Below, piece by piece: positions 43,259 to 53,501 of a DNA stretch of 64,000 bases (position 1 is the stretch's first letter; the number at the start of each line of letters is the position of its first letter). The notes below the pieces were generated by a model that made no database searches, was not told the DNA's origin, and saw nothing but the letters and a program-made list of their open reading frames with translations. The stretch spans positions 125,970-189,969 of the forward strand of contig CAVOOM010000008.1 of the NCBI GenBank assembly GCA_963697565.1. Reading direction: 5' to 3'. The position numbers were made by a program, and so were the translations under genes. The DNA is from an uncultured Actinomycetota bacterium. GTDB taxonomy: Bacteria; Actinomycetota; Actinomycetes; CAVWCF01.

Positions 43259-44986
43259 TCAGCCGCGGGTGGCCCGCAGCACCTCTTCGTACGTCGTCTC
43301 GCCGCGCGCGGCCACGGCCAGGGCGTGCTCGCGCAGCCGCTGGAGGCCAGTTGCGGCGGCCGCCGCGGCGAGCGCCTCCTCGCCGCCGCCGATGGCATGG
43401 CGCACGACGGGCGTGACCTCCAGCACCTCGAACACCCCGCGCCGCCCGCGGTAGCCCGAGCCGGCGCAGGCGGGGCACCCGTCACCGCGCCGGGGGGTGG
43501 CGCCGGCGAGCGACTCCCGGCCGAGCCCCAGCCCCGCGAGGACCGCGTCGGGCGGCTCGTACGGGCCGGAGCACGAGGGGCACGGCTGCCGGACCAGGCG
43601 CTGGGCCACGACGAGCGACAGCGAGGAGGCAACGAGGTAGGGCTCGACGCCCATGTCGACCAGGCGGGTCAGCGCCCCGGGCGCGTCGTTGGTGTGCAGG
43701 GTGGTGAGCACGAGGTGGCCGGTCAGCGCGGCCTGCAGGGCGAGCTCGGCGGTCTCGCTGTCGCGGACCTCGCCCACCATGACGACATCGGGGTCCTGCC
43801 GCAGCACCGCGCGCAGCCCGCGCGCGAAGGTCATCCCGCTGCGGGGGTGGACGGCGACCTGGGTGATCCCCGGCAGCTGAAGCTCGATCGGGTCCTCGAG
43901 GGTCACGACGTTGACCTCGGCGGTGAGCACGCGGGCCAAGGCGGCGTAGAGCGTGCGGGTCTTGCCCGAGCCGGTCGGCCCGGTGATGAGCACCAGGCCC
44001 TGGGGTGCGGCGAGGACGCGTTCGACGATGTCCAGCTGCGCGGCGGCCAGCCCCAGGGTGGCGAGCGGCTGCACCGCGGAATCGGTCGCGAACAGCCGAA
44101 GGACGACCTTCTCGCCGTGCAGCCCGGGCAGGGTGCTGACGCGGGCGTCGACCGCGGTTCCGTCGACGGCGATCCGGGCTCGGCCGTCCTGCGGGATCCG
44201 CCGCTCGGCGATGTCCAACCCGGACAGGATCTTGAGCCGGCTGACCACGGCGGCCGAGGTGCCCTTGGGCAGCAGCATCACGTCGCGCAGCACCCCGTCG
44301 ACCCGGTGCCGGATCCGCAGCCCGTCGCGCTGCGGCTCGACATGGAGGTCGCTGGCCCCCTCGCGCACGGCTTCGGCCAGCATGGCGCTGACCAGGCGGA
44401 CCGTCGGGGCGTCGTCGACGGCGGAGCGCAGCGCCCGCTCGTCCAGCGGCGGCTCGTCGGACTCATCGGCCATCGCGGTGATGTCGAGGGACTCATCGGT
44501 CAGGGTCCACAGCCGACGCAGGTGGTCGCGCACCTGGGTCTCGGTCGCCACCACCACGTCGACGTCGTGCGCCCCGGTGTGCAGCCGCACATCGTCGAGG
44601 GCGACCACGTTGGTGGGGTCGGCGGCGGCGACCCGGACGGCCCGCCCCACCAGGGCGAGCACCACGATCTGAGCGCGCTCGGCCACGGCTCGGGGCAGCA
44701 GCCGGGCCACGTCCGGCTCGACGGTCTCCCGGCTCAGGTCCACCACGGGCAGCCCGAGCAGGTCGCCCAAGGCCACCGCCAGGGAGTGCTCGTCGAGGAC
44801 GCCCTCGTCGATGAGGATCCGCCCGAGCCGGCGGCGCGGGGAGCCGTCCTCGACCTGCTCGGCGAGAGCCTCGTCGAGGCGCTCGGGGGTCAGGTGCCCG
44901 CGGGCGACCAACACCTCGCCCAGGCGCCTGCGCAGCGCCGAGTCACGCCGCCTCAGGGCAGGCCGGTCGGGCGCGACTGCGGTCAC
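43259..44986 (-). CDS. PilB/GspE-family secretion/pilus assembly ATPase with MshEN N-terminal domain
   Basis: RLGEVLVARGHLTPERLDEALAEQ, ASDLHVEP, ERRIPQDG, GPTGSGKT, TLEDPIE, RQDPDVVMVGE, TGHLVLTTLHTN, CPSC/CPAC. Confidence 0.92.
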   Translation of the reverse strand: MTAVAPDRPALRRRDSALRRRLGEVLVARGHLTPERLDEALAEQVEDGSPRRRLGRILIDEGVLDEHSLAVALGDLLGLPVVDLSRETVEPDVARLLPRAVAERAQIVVLALVGRAVRVAAADPTNVVALDDVRLHTGAHDVDVVVATETQVRDHLRRLWTLTDESLDITAMADESDEPPLDERALRSAVDDAPTVRLVSAMLAEAVREGASDLHVEPQRDGLRIRHRVDGVLRDVMLLPKGTSAAVVSRLKILSGLDIAERRIPQDGRARIAVDGTAVDARVSTLPGLHGEKVVLRLFATDSAVQPLATLGLAAAQLDIVERVLAAPQGLVLITGPTGSGKTRTLYAALARVLTAEVNVVTLEDPIELQLPGITQVAVHPRSGMTFARGLRAVLRQDPDVVMVGEVRDSETAELALQAALTGHLVLTTLHTNDAPGALTRLVDMGVEPYLVASSLSLVVAQRLVRQPCPSCSGPYEPPDAVLAGLGLGRESLAGATPRRGDGCPACAGSGYRGRRGVFEVLEVTPVVRHAIGGGEEALAAAAAATGLQRLREHALAVAARGETTYEEVLRATRG

Positions 44987-45043
44987 GGAATGGTTGTCGG
45001 CCGGTCCGGCCGCCGGGTGAAGCGCCCAGCGCGTCGGAGCAGA

Positions 45044-45679
45044 TCAGCCGGCAGGGGGCTCGGCGGCCTTGGCCGCCTTGGCGGCGGCCTTGGCCGCCTC
45101 CTCCTGCGCTCGTGCGGCGGCCTTCTCGGCCCTGGCCCGAGCGGCGTCGCGGCGGCGCTTGCGCTCCTTCTTGCGCTTGCGCTCGGCCTCGGCCTGCTCC
45201 TGGAGCAGCTCATCGAGCAGATCGCGGAACTCGGCGCGGACGAAGTCGCGGGTGGCGACCTCGCCGAGGCCCTGGCGCAGGCCGGCCAGCTCGCGGGTGA
45301 GGTAGTCGGCGTCGGCGATCAGCCGGTCGGTGCGGCTGCGGTCCTCGGCGAAGGTGACCCGGTCGCGGTCGGTCTGCCGGTTCTGCGCGAGCAGGATCAG
45401 CGGGGCGGCGTACGAGGCCTGCAGCGACAGCATCAGGGTCAGGCCGATGAACGGCCACGGGTCGAACTTCCAGTCGTCCGGCGCGAAGACGTTCCACAGC
45501 ACCCACGACGCGACGAACGCCGACATGTAGCCGATGAACCGCCAGGAGCCGATGAACCGGGCGATCCGCTCGGACGCGGCGTTGAACCGCTCGGGGTCGA
45601 CGGTCGGCCGCGCCATCCGGCGCGGCTCGTACGGCTGGTCGAGGCGGGGGCCACTCGCGCGGCGGCGGTCACGCGCCAT
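45044..45679 (-). CDS. DUF1003 membrane protein
   Basis: FDPWPFIGLTLMLSLQASYAAPLILLAQNRQ. Confidence 0.9.
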   Translation of the reverse strand: MARDRRRASGPRLDQPYEPRRMARPTVDPERFNAASERIARFIGSWRFIGYMSAFVASWVLWNVFAPDDWKFDPWPFIGLTLMLSLQASYAAPLILLAQNRQTDRDRVTFAEDRSRTDRLIADADYLTRELAGLRQGLGEVATRDFVRAEFRDLLDELLQEQAEAERKRKKERKRRRDAARARAEKAAARAQEEAAKAAAKAAKAAEPPAG

Positions 45680-46961
45680 CGTCGGCCGCCTGTCGGGCGG
45701 CCTCGGCCGCTTCGTCGGCGAGCTCGGTCTCGCGCCAGTCCTCGGGCAGCATGTGGTCGATCACGTCGTCGACGGTGACGGCGCCCAGGAGGTGCCCGCC
45801 GGGGTCCACGACGGGCAGGGCGACCAGGTTGTACGTGGCGAAGTAGCGCGTGACGGCGCCGAGCGGGGCCTCCGGTCCGACCGCCTCCAGGTCGGTGTCG
45901 ACGACGGCCGACACCAGCGTCGACGGCGGCTCACGGAGCAGCCGCTGGAAGTGGGCCACGCCGAGGAAGCGCCCGGTGGGCGTCTCCAGCGGCGGCCGTA
46001 CGACGTAGACCTGCGAGGCGAGCGCGGGGGAGAGGTCGGAGTTGCGAATCCGCGCGAGGGCATCGGCGACCGTGGCGTCGGGCGACAGCACCACCGGCTC
46101 GGTGGTCATCAGGCCGCCCGCGGAGTAGTCGTCGTAGCCGATCAGGCGGCGGACGTCCTCGGCCTCCTCGGGCTCCATCAGATCGAGGAGCTCCTGGGCC
46201 TGCTCCGGGGGCAGCTCGCGCAGCAGGTCGGCGGCGTCGTCAGGCCCCATGGCCTCGAGCACGTCGGCGGCGCGCTCCTCCTGCAGGGCGGCCAGGATCT
46301 CGACCTGCTCGTCCTCGGGCAGCTCCTCCAGCACATCGGCGAGCTTCTCGTTGTCGAGGGCCGCGGCGACCTCGGCCCGCCGCTTCGCCGGGAGGTCCTG
46401 CAGGGCGCTGGCGATATCGGCGGGTCGCAGCTTCTCGAACGACGCCACCAGGCTGTCGGCCGCCTGGTCCTGCTCGTCGTCGGAGAGCCCGACAAGGCCG
46501 TCCCACGCGACGGTGAGGGTCTCGCCCCGGCGGCGGAAGCCGCTGCCGCCGCGGCGCACGAACACCTTGACGAGCAGCCAGTCGCGCGCCTTGTCCTGCT
46601 CCATCGCGGTGTCGATGATGGTGACCGGGCTGCCGGAGGGGTCGCCTGCGAGGTGGGCCTTGCGGTCGACGATCTCGCCGATCACCAGCCGTTCGTTGCC
46701 CCGCTGCTCGAAGCGGCGCATGTTGACGACGCCGGTGGTCACGATCTGGCCGGGATCGATCGAGGTGACCCGCAGGATCGGGACGAAGATGCGCCGCCGC
46801 ATCGGCACCTCGACCACCAGGCCGAGCACCCGCGGGGGGAGCCCCGGGCCCCGCAGCGCGACGACGACATCGCGCAGCCGCCCGACCTGGTCGCCGTTCG
46901 GGTCGAACACCGAGGCGCCGGCCAGGCGCGCGATGAAGACCCGGGGGGCCGCGCCGGACAT
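45669..46961 (-). CDS. MgtE N-terminal / CBS domain protein (no transmembrane part)
   Basis: PRC-like N-terminus, acidic helical repeats (LADVLEELPED), AGGLMT, VTVDDVIDH. Confidence 0.9.
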   Translation of the reverse strand: MSGAAPRVFIARLAGASVFDPNGDQVGRLRDVVVALRGPGLPPRVLGLVVEVPMRRRIFVPILRVTSIDPGQIVTTGVVNMRRFEQRGNERLVIGEIVDRKAHLAGDPSGSPVTIIDTAMEQDKARDWLLVKVFVRRGGSGFRRRGETLTVAWDGLVGLSDDEQDQAADSLVASFEKLRPADIASALQDLPAKRRAEVAAALDNEKLADVLEELPEDEQVEILAALQEERAADVLEAMGPDDAADLLRELPPEQAQELLDLMEPEEAEDVRRLIGYDDYSAGGLMTTEPVVLSPDATVADALARIRNSDLSPALASQVYVVRPPLETPTGRFLGVAHFQRLLREPPSTLVSAVVDTDLEAVGPEAPLGAVTRYFATYNLVALPVVDPGGHLLGAVTVDDVIDHMLPEDWRETELADEAAEAARQAADDGA

Positions 46962-47095
46962 GTGCGCAGGGTAGCGGGGCGCCGGTCCTGAGCGCGGATG
47001 TGACACCGCTCCCGGTGCCGCCGGCGAAAGCTGATGCGGCCCATGCCATCGCCGCGGCACGATGGCCTCGACCACTCCGCAGTGGAAGGCATCCC

Positions 47096-48489
47096 ATGGC
47101 TCTCAAGCACCCCCATGGCCCCGCGCGCTCGGCTGACGACCTGGCCGTCCAGACCGTCTTCACGCTTGAGGGGGACCGCATCCCCGACACCGGCTGCCGG
47201 ACGCCGAGCTCCCGCCCGATGTGGCGTACCAGATCATCCACGACGAGCTGATGCTCGACGGGAACGCGCGGATGAACCTGGCCACGTTCGTGAGCACCTG
47301 GATGGAGCCGCAGGCCGAGCAGCTGATGGCCGAGTGCCTCGACAAGAACATGATCGACAAGGACGAGTACCCGCAGACCGCGGAGCTTGAGATGCGGTGC
47401 GTCAACATCCTGGGCCATCTGTGGCACGCCCCCGACCAGGGGGACGCCGTCGGCTGCTCGACGACCGGGTCCAGCGAGGCCGCCATGCTCGGGGGCCTCG
47501 CTCTGAAGCGCCGCTGGCAGCAGAGGCGGAAGGCCGAGGGCAAGACCGTTCGACCGGCCCAACCTGGTCATGGGCATCAACGTCCAGGTCTGCTGGGAGA
47601 AGTTCGCCAACTACTGGGATGTCGAGATGCGTCTCGTCCCGATGCAGGGCGAGCGGTACCACCTGTCCGCCGAGGAGGCCGTGAAGCTCTGCGACGAGAA
47701 CACCATCGGCGTGGTCGCGATCCTCGGGTCGACCTTCGACGGCTCGTACGAGCCGGTCGCCGAGATCTGCCAGGCGCTCGACGCGCTTCAGGCCAGCACG
47801 GGGTGGGACATCCCGGTCCACGTCGATGGGGCCTCGGGCGCCTTCGTGGCGCCCTTCATCGACCCCGACCTGCCCTGGGACTTCCGGCTTCCGCGCGTCT
47901 CGTCGATCAACGCGTCCGGGCACAAGTACGGGCTGGTCTACCCCGGCGTCGGATGGATCGTCTGGCGGGACGCCGCGGCCCTTCCGGAGGACCTGATCTT
48001 CTGGGTCAACTACCTCGGCGACAACATGCCGACCTTCGCGCTCAACTTCTCGCGGCCGGGCGCCCAGGTAGATCGCTCAGTACTACAACTTCCTGCGGCT
48101 CGGGTTCGACGGCTATCGCAAGGTGCAGCAGATACTCGCGCTCGGTGGCGACCCGGCTGTCGGCCCAGATCGCCGAGCTCGGGCCGTTTGAGTTGATCAC
48201 GAAGGGCGACGAGCTGCCGGTGTTCGCCTTCAAGCTCAAGCCCGGCATCGACAACTACACGGTCTTCGACGTCTCGAACTCCCTGCGTGAACGTGGCTGG
48301 CTGCTGCCGGCGTACTCCTTCCCGGACGACCGCACCGACCTGGCTGCCCTGCGGGTGGTGGTCAAGATGGGCTTCACCCACGACATGGCCGACCTCCTGG
48401 TCAAGGACATCCAGCGGCAGCTGCCCCACCTGCAGGCCCAGCCGGCGCCGATCCGTGACGCCTCGAACTCGTCGGGCTTCCACCATTGA
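47096..48489 (+). CDS. gadB: Glutamate decarboxylase; about four frameshifts (~47200, ~47550, ~48070, ~48130), possible pseudogene
   Basis: [50 protein letters not shown] (PLP Lys), LNFSRPG. Confidence 0.88.
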
Positions 48490-49082
48490 CCGAGGTCCCC
48501 GCCTCGCGGACCCGTACGTGGTGGATCGCCGTGCTGTTCATGGTCGGCTCGCTGTGCTTTGCCGTGGGGGCCGTCCCGGCGTACGTCTCACTGGCCGGCG
48601 CAGCGGCGGACGGCGTGACCTTCTTCGTGGGCTCGATCTTCTTCACCAGCGCGGCAACCCTGCAGTTCCTCGATGATCGCAACGCGGCCAACGGCATCCA
48701 GCTGGTCGGCACGGTCTTCTTCAACGTCAGCACCTTTCGGGCGATGGCCGAGACCCTGGGCAACGATTCCGTGGAGGGGGTGGTCTGGCGCCTCGATGCC
48801 TTCGGCTCGGTCTGCTTCCTGGTGGCCAGCGGGCTGGCCTACGCGGCGGTGGGCCCCCGTCGGCTGTCCTGGCGGCCCTCCGATCGAGGCTGGTGGGTCG
48901 CTGCGCTGAACTTGATCGGGTCGATCCTGTTCGGGCTGTCGGCCATCGGGGCGTACGTCGTGCCCGCCACCGGCGAGCTGCTCAGCACCGCAGTGGCCAA
49001 CGGCGGGACCTTCCTCGGTGCCCTGGGCTTCCTCGTCGGGGCCGCGCTGCTGTTCCCGCCATCGGTGCCGGCGGACGGCTAA
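48486..49082 (+). CDS. YrhK-like polytopic membrane protein
   Basis: About six hydrophobic segments with repeated FxxGSxxF units; TTGA overlap with gad. Confidence 0.65.
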   Translation: MTEVPASRTRTWWIAVLFMVGSLCFAVGAVPAYVSLAGAAADGVTFFVGSIFFTSAATLQFLDDRNAANGIQLVGTVFFNVSTFRAMAETLGNDSVEGVVWRLDAFGSVCFLVASGLAYAAVGPRRLSWRPSDRGWWVAALNLIGSILFGLSAIGAYVVPATGELLSTAVANGGTFLGALGFLVGAALLFPPSVPADG

Positions 49083-49916
49083 TCCGGCGGTCGGGGGGTG
49101 AAGTCGCGGAGGTCGTCCTGGCCCGGCTGCACGACGAGATAGCTCGACTCGGGCACCTCGTTCCACACCCCCACCAGGTCGCTCAGGGGCTCGGAGACCA
49201 CCAGCCGCGACTCATCGGCGACTTCGCGGAACACCGGGTTCTCCGGGTAGTGCTGACGGAGGGTGGGGGCGTCGGTGCTGTAGAACAGCGAGCGGGAGTC
49301 GCCCTCGCTGGAGTAGCGGAAGGCCCAGATGCGCACGCCGTCGGCGGTGGCCACGGTCAACTGGACCGGGTGCTCGACACCGTGCCTGCGCCCGACCTCC
49401 TCGATCAGGCCCACCGCGCGCTCGACGGCCAGCGGGTGCGTCCTGCTCGAGCCCGAAGGTGAGGGCCAGGTAGAAGAAGAGCTCCGAATCGGTGGAGCCC
49501 TCGATCGAGAGGGTACAGCGACGGGTCGACCGCGAACGCCAGCTCGCGCTTCACCCGGTCGAAGTCGCGGATCGCCCCGTTGTGCATCCACAGCCACGTC
49601 CTGTGCCGGAACGGGTGGCAGTTGGTCTCCTGGATGGCGGTTCCGGTCGACGCGCGGATATGCGCAAAGGCCAACGGGGTGCTGATGTGCCCGGCGAGCT
49701 CGCGCAGGTTGCGGTCGTTCCACGCTGGCTCGGTGCCGTGGAAGACGGCAGGCGTCGTCGGGCGACGCCGTACCAGGCGACGCCGAAGCCGTCACCGTTC
49801 GTGGTCGTGGCCCCCATCCGCGAATGCAGGCTCTGGTCGATCAGCGAGTGGGCCGGCTTGTAGAGCAGCTGCTCCAAGAGCATCGGTGAGCCCGAGTAGG
49901 CGAGCCAGCGGCACAC
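49079..49916 (-). CDS. Class II glutamine amidotransferase / EgtC-YafJ-like Ntn hydrolase (several frameshifts)
   Basis: N-terminal (M)CRWLAYSG, NGDGFG, AHIRASTG, NCHPF, HNG, VVSEPL spread over frames. Confidence 0.82.
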
Positions 49917-49930
49917 GGCGGTGTCCTTCC

Positions 49931-50815
49931 CTAGGGGCCGATGGCGCCACCGGGCCGCCATCCTCGCGAGCCGCTCGGTCGCGGCGGCCGGGTTGTCGTA
50001 CACGGCTACGGTGACGGCGCTCACGCCCAGTGCGGCCGCCCGCTCCATCGCGGGGCGAAAGCCGCGGTCGGCCGGGTCGCCGAGGTAGAGCAGGGTGCGC
50101 GCGACCTCGGCCGGGTCGCGGCCCACGTCGGCGCAGTGCGCGTCGAGGACGCCGAGCTTGTGGGCGACCTCGTCCAGCGACTCCGGACCCTGGCAGATCA
50201 GGTTGCTCGCCGTCGGCGTGCTGCGCAACAAGCCGGAGGGTCTTGCGCTCCCCGCCGCCGCCCACCAGCACCGGCGGGCCGCCGGGCTGGATCGGCCGCG
50301 GCTCGCAGATCGTCTCGGCCAGCCGGTAGTGCACGCCCTCAAACGGCCCGTCGTCCGGCGACCAAAAGCTGCTTGATCAACCTCAAGGACTCGTCGAGGC
50401 GCTCGAACCGCTCGGCGAGCGGGGGGAACGGCACGCCTATGGCGCGGTGCTCGCGCTCGTACCAGGCGGCGCCGATTCCGAGCACGGCCCGTCCGCCGGA
50501 GAGGGCGTCGAGGGTGGCGACCTGCTGGCCGAGGACGCCGGGGTGTCGGTACGTCACCCCGGTGACCAGCAGGCCGAGGCGCACCCGCTCGGTGAGCGCC
50601 GCGAGGTAGCCCAGGGACACGTACCCCTCAGGGATCGCGGAGTCGGCGGGCTGGCGGAAGTCCAGACCGAGGAAGTGGTCCATCAGATAGACGTGGTCGA
50701 GGCCGCCGTCGTCCGCCGCCCGGGCCACGTCTCGCAGGTCCCGGGCCACCGCGCGGGGGTCGCGGCCGCGGGGGCCGAAGTCGACCGGGTGCACGCCGAA
50801 CCGCATGGGGGTCAC
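49931..50815 (-). CDS. LLM class (probably F420-dependent) oxidoreductase (several frameshifts)
   Basis: MDHF, GLLVTGVTYRHPG, TLDALSGGR..LGIGAAW, PPVLVGGGGERKTLRLVAQHAD. Confidence 0.82.
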
Positions 50816-51462
50816 CGCACCACCGAGACGTTGAACATCGGCCCGCCGACTGCGCCCATCACCCGCAGCCAGAACGGCAGGTACGACTCGGTGCCCCGAG
50901 CGGCCTCGATCCCGCCGAGGTCGAGCAGCCGGTCTGGGTGCCAGCCCAGCTCGGCGAGCAGCGCGGCGACCACCTGCTTGGCGGCCGGATCGTCTCCGCA
51001 GAGGAACAGGTCGTGCTCGCCGCCGCCGACGGATCCCGGGTCGACCATGACGGCGGCGGTGACGGTGTTCAGCCCCTTGACCACGCGGGCCTCGGGGAAG
51101 GCCCGCTGGATCTGCTCGCCGAGGGAGTCCGCCCCTTGCACGGACAGCACCGGCGGGAAGCCGCCGGAGAAGTCGAGGGGGACGGACACGTCGAGCAGCG
51201 GCTTGCCCGCGAGGTTCTCCGCGCCGGCGGCGGCCAGCGCCTCAAGCGAGGCCATGCCCGCCGTGCAGTTGACGACGACGTCGCCGTGCCGGGCGGCGTC
51301 AGCGAAGGCGCCGTGGGCCCGGCCCGGGCCGGCGGCCGCCCAGTCCGCGGCCTTGGGGTTGGCCGCGTCGCGGGCCCCCATGCAGACCTCGTGGCCGAGG
51401 CCGCTCCACGCGGTGGCCAGCGCCTGGCCGACCCCGCCCGTCCCAAGGATGCCGATGCGCAT
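50812..51462 (-). CDS. NADPH-dependent F420 reductase-like dinucleotide-binding oxidoreductase
   Basis: MRIGILGTGGVG, SLGEQIQ, VVKGLNT, CGDD..AK, DLGGI. Confidence 0.8.
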   Translation of the reverse strand: MRIGILGTGGVGQALATAWSGLGHEVCMGARDAANPKAADWAAAGPGRAHGAFADAARHGDVVVNCTAGMASLEALAAAGAENLAGKPLLDVSVPLDFSGGFPPVLSVQGADSLGEQIQRAFPEARVVKGLNTVTAAVMVDPGSVGGGEHDLFLCGDDPAAKQVVAALLAELGWHPDRLLDLGGIEAARGTESYLPFWLRVMGAVGGPMFNVSVVR

Positions 51463-51488
51463 GCGGCCACCCTGCCACCATGGGCGCC

Positions 51489-52446
51489 GTGACGTCAGCA
51501 GCTCCGCCGCCCCCGACCGGAGCGCTGCAGCGGCCCCCGACCGCCGACCTGGTGCTGCTCGGAGTCGGGGTCCTCGCGGTCTCGGTGTCCGCCCCCCTGA
51601 TCGCGGCCACCGCGGCCCCGGCGCTGGCCATCGCCTTCTGGCGCAACGCCTTCGGCACCGCGGCGATCGCCCCGTTCGCGCTCGCGACCCGCCGCGACGG
51701 AGCTGGCCGGGCTCACCCGCCGCGAGCTCGGGCTGGCCGCGCTCGCCGGGCTGCTGCTCGCGCTGCACTTCGGCACCTGGATCCCGTCGCTGGACTACAC
51801 CACCGTCGCGGCCTCGACCGCCCTGGTCGCGACCCAGCCGATCTGGGCGGCCCTCATCGCCCAGGCCACCGGGCAGCGGATACCGCGCCAGGCCTGGACC
51901 GGGATCGGCGTCGCCCTCGTGGGGGTGCTCGTCCTCACCGGCATCGATGTGTCGCTCGACCCCTCGGCGCTCGTCGGCGACGCGCTCGCGCTGGTCGGCG
52001 CGGTGTTCGCCGCGGCGTACGTCAGCGTCGGATCGCGGGTGCGCCAAACGGTGAGCACCACCTCGTACACGCTGCTGTGCTACGGGGTCTGCGCGGCCGT
52101 CCTGCTCGTCGCCTGCCTGGTGGGAGGGCAGCAGCTCGGCGGGTACGACGCCGACACCTGGCTCAAGCTGCTGGCCCTGACCGCGACCGCCCAGCTGCTC
52201 GGCCACTCGGTGCTCAACCGGGTGCTCAAGCGCACCTCGCCGACCATCGTGTCGCTCGGGATCCTGTTTGAGATGCCGGGCGCCACCTTGGTCGCCGCGG
52301 TCTGGCTCGGCCAGGTGCCGCCGTGGGGGATCCTCCCGGCGGCCGGGCTCATCCTGGCCGGTCTCGTGATCGTGGTGCGGTCGGCCGGGCGCGTCGCCCC
52401 GGTGGGCGCCCCCGACGGGCCGGACCCGGCGGCGCCCGCGGGCTGA
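51489..52446 (+). CDS. DMT/EamA family transporter (frameshift near 51697)
   Basis: Multiple TM segments, AFWR, GDALAL, QLLGHS, LFEMPGA. Confidence 0.85.
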
Positions 52447-52531
52447 CCCCCGGTTAGCGTGGACCTGTCTCGCCGTTCCCCCGCGCCGACGCACGCCGCG
52501 TGCCGTCCGGCGCCGCTTGAGGAGGCCTCAC

Positions 52532-53494
52532 GTGACCGACCGCCAGCTGCGTCCCCGCCGTTCGAACCTCGCGGTCCCCGGGTCCAGCCAGAAGATGATC
52601 GACAAGGCCCGCGGGCTGCCCGCCGACCAGGTCTTCCTCGACCTCGAGGACGCCTGCGCCCCGCTGGCCAAGCCGGACGCCCGCAAGACCATCGTGGCCT
52701 CGCTCAACGAGGGCGGCTGGGGCGACAAGATCCGGGTGGTCCGGGTCAACGACTGGACGACGCACTGGACCTACCGCGATGTCGTCGAGGTGGTCGAGGG
52801 CGCCGGCCCGAACCTCGACGCGATCATGCTGCCCAAGGTGCAGACCGCCGAGCAGGTCGTCACGCTCGACACCCTGCTCACCCAGATCGAGAAGACCATG
52901 GGCTTCGAGGTGGGCGGCATCGGCATCGAGGCGCAGATCGAGAACGCCCGCGGCCTGATCAACGTCGACGCCATCGCGCAGGCCTCGCCGCGCGTGGAGA
53001 CCATCATCTTCGGCCCGGCCGACTTCATGGCCAGCATCAACATGAAGTCGCTGGTCGTGGGCGAGCAGCCGCCCGGCTACGACGTCGGCGACGCCTACCA
53101 CTACATCCTGATGCGGATCCTGATGGCCGCCCGGGCCAACGACAAGCAGGCCATCGACGGCCCGTACCTGCAGATCCGCGACGTCGACGGCTTCCGCCGG
53201 GTCTCCGGCCGCAGCGCCGCGCTCGGCTACGACGGCAAGTGGTGCCTGCACCCCGGCCAGATCGACGCGTGCAACGAGGTCTACGCCCCCCGCCAGGAGG
53301 ACTACGACCACGCCGAGCTGATCCTCGACGCCTACGAGTGGTTCACCTCGGCCGCCGGCGGCGCCCGCGGCGCGGCCATGCTGGGCAACGAGATGATCGA
53401 CGAGGCCTCCCGCAAGATGGCCCTGGTCATCGCGGCCAAGGGCCGGGCCGCCGGGATGCCGCGCACCCAGACGTTCACCCCGCCGGAGGCGTGA
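52532..53494 (+). CDS. CitE-family CoA ester lyase (malyl-CoA/beta-methylmalyl-CoA lyase-like)
   Basis: RRSNLAVPGS, FLDLED, VRVN, LPKV, QIE, FGPADF, GKWCLHPGQ, MIDEA. Confidence 0.9.
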   Translation: MTDRQLRPRRSNLAVPGSSQKMIDKARGLPADQVFLDLEDACAPLAKPDARKTIVASLNEGGWGDKIRVVRVNDWTTHWTYRDVVEVVEGAGPNLDAIMLPKVQTAEQVVTLDTLLTQIEKTMGFEVGGIGIEAQIENARGLINVDAIAQASPRVETIIFGPADFMASINMKSLVVGEQPPGYDVGDAYHYILMRILMAARANDKQAIDGPYLQIRDVDGFRRVSGRSAALGYDGKWCLHPGQIDACNEVYAPRQEDYDHAELILDAYEWFTSAAGGARGAAMLGNEMIDEASRKMALVIAAKGRAAGMPRTQTFTPPEA

Positions 53495-53501
53495 GCGCCG
53501 C

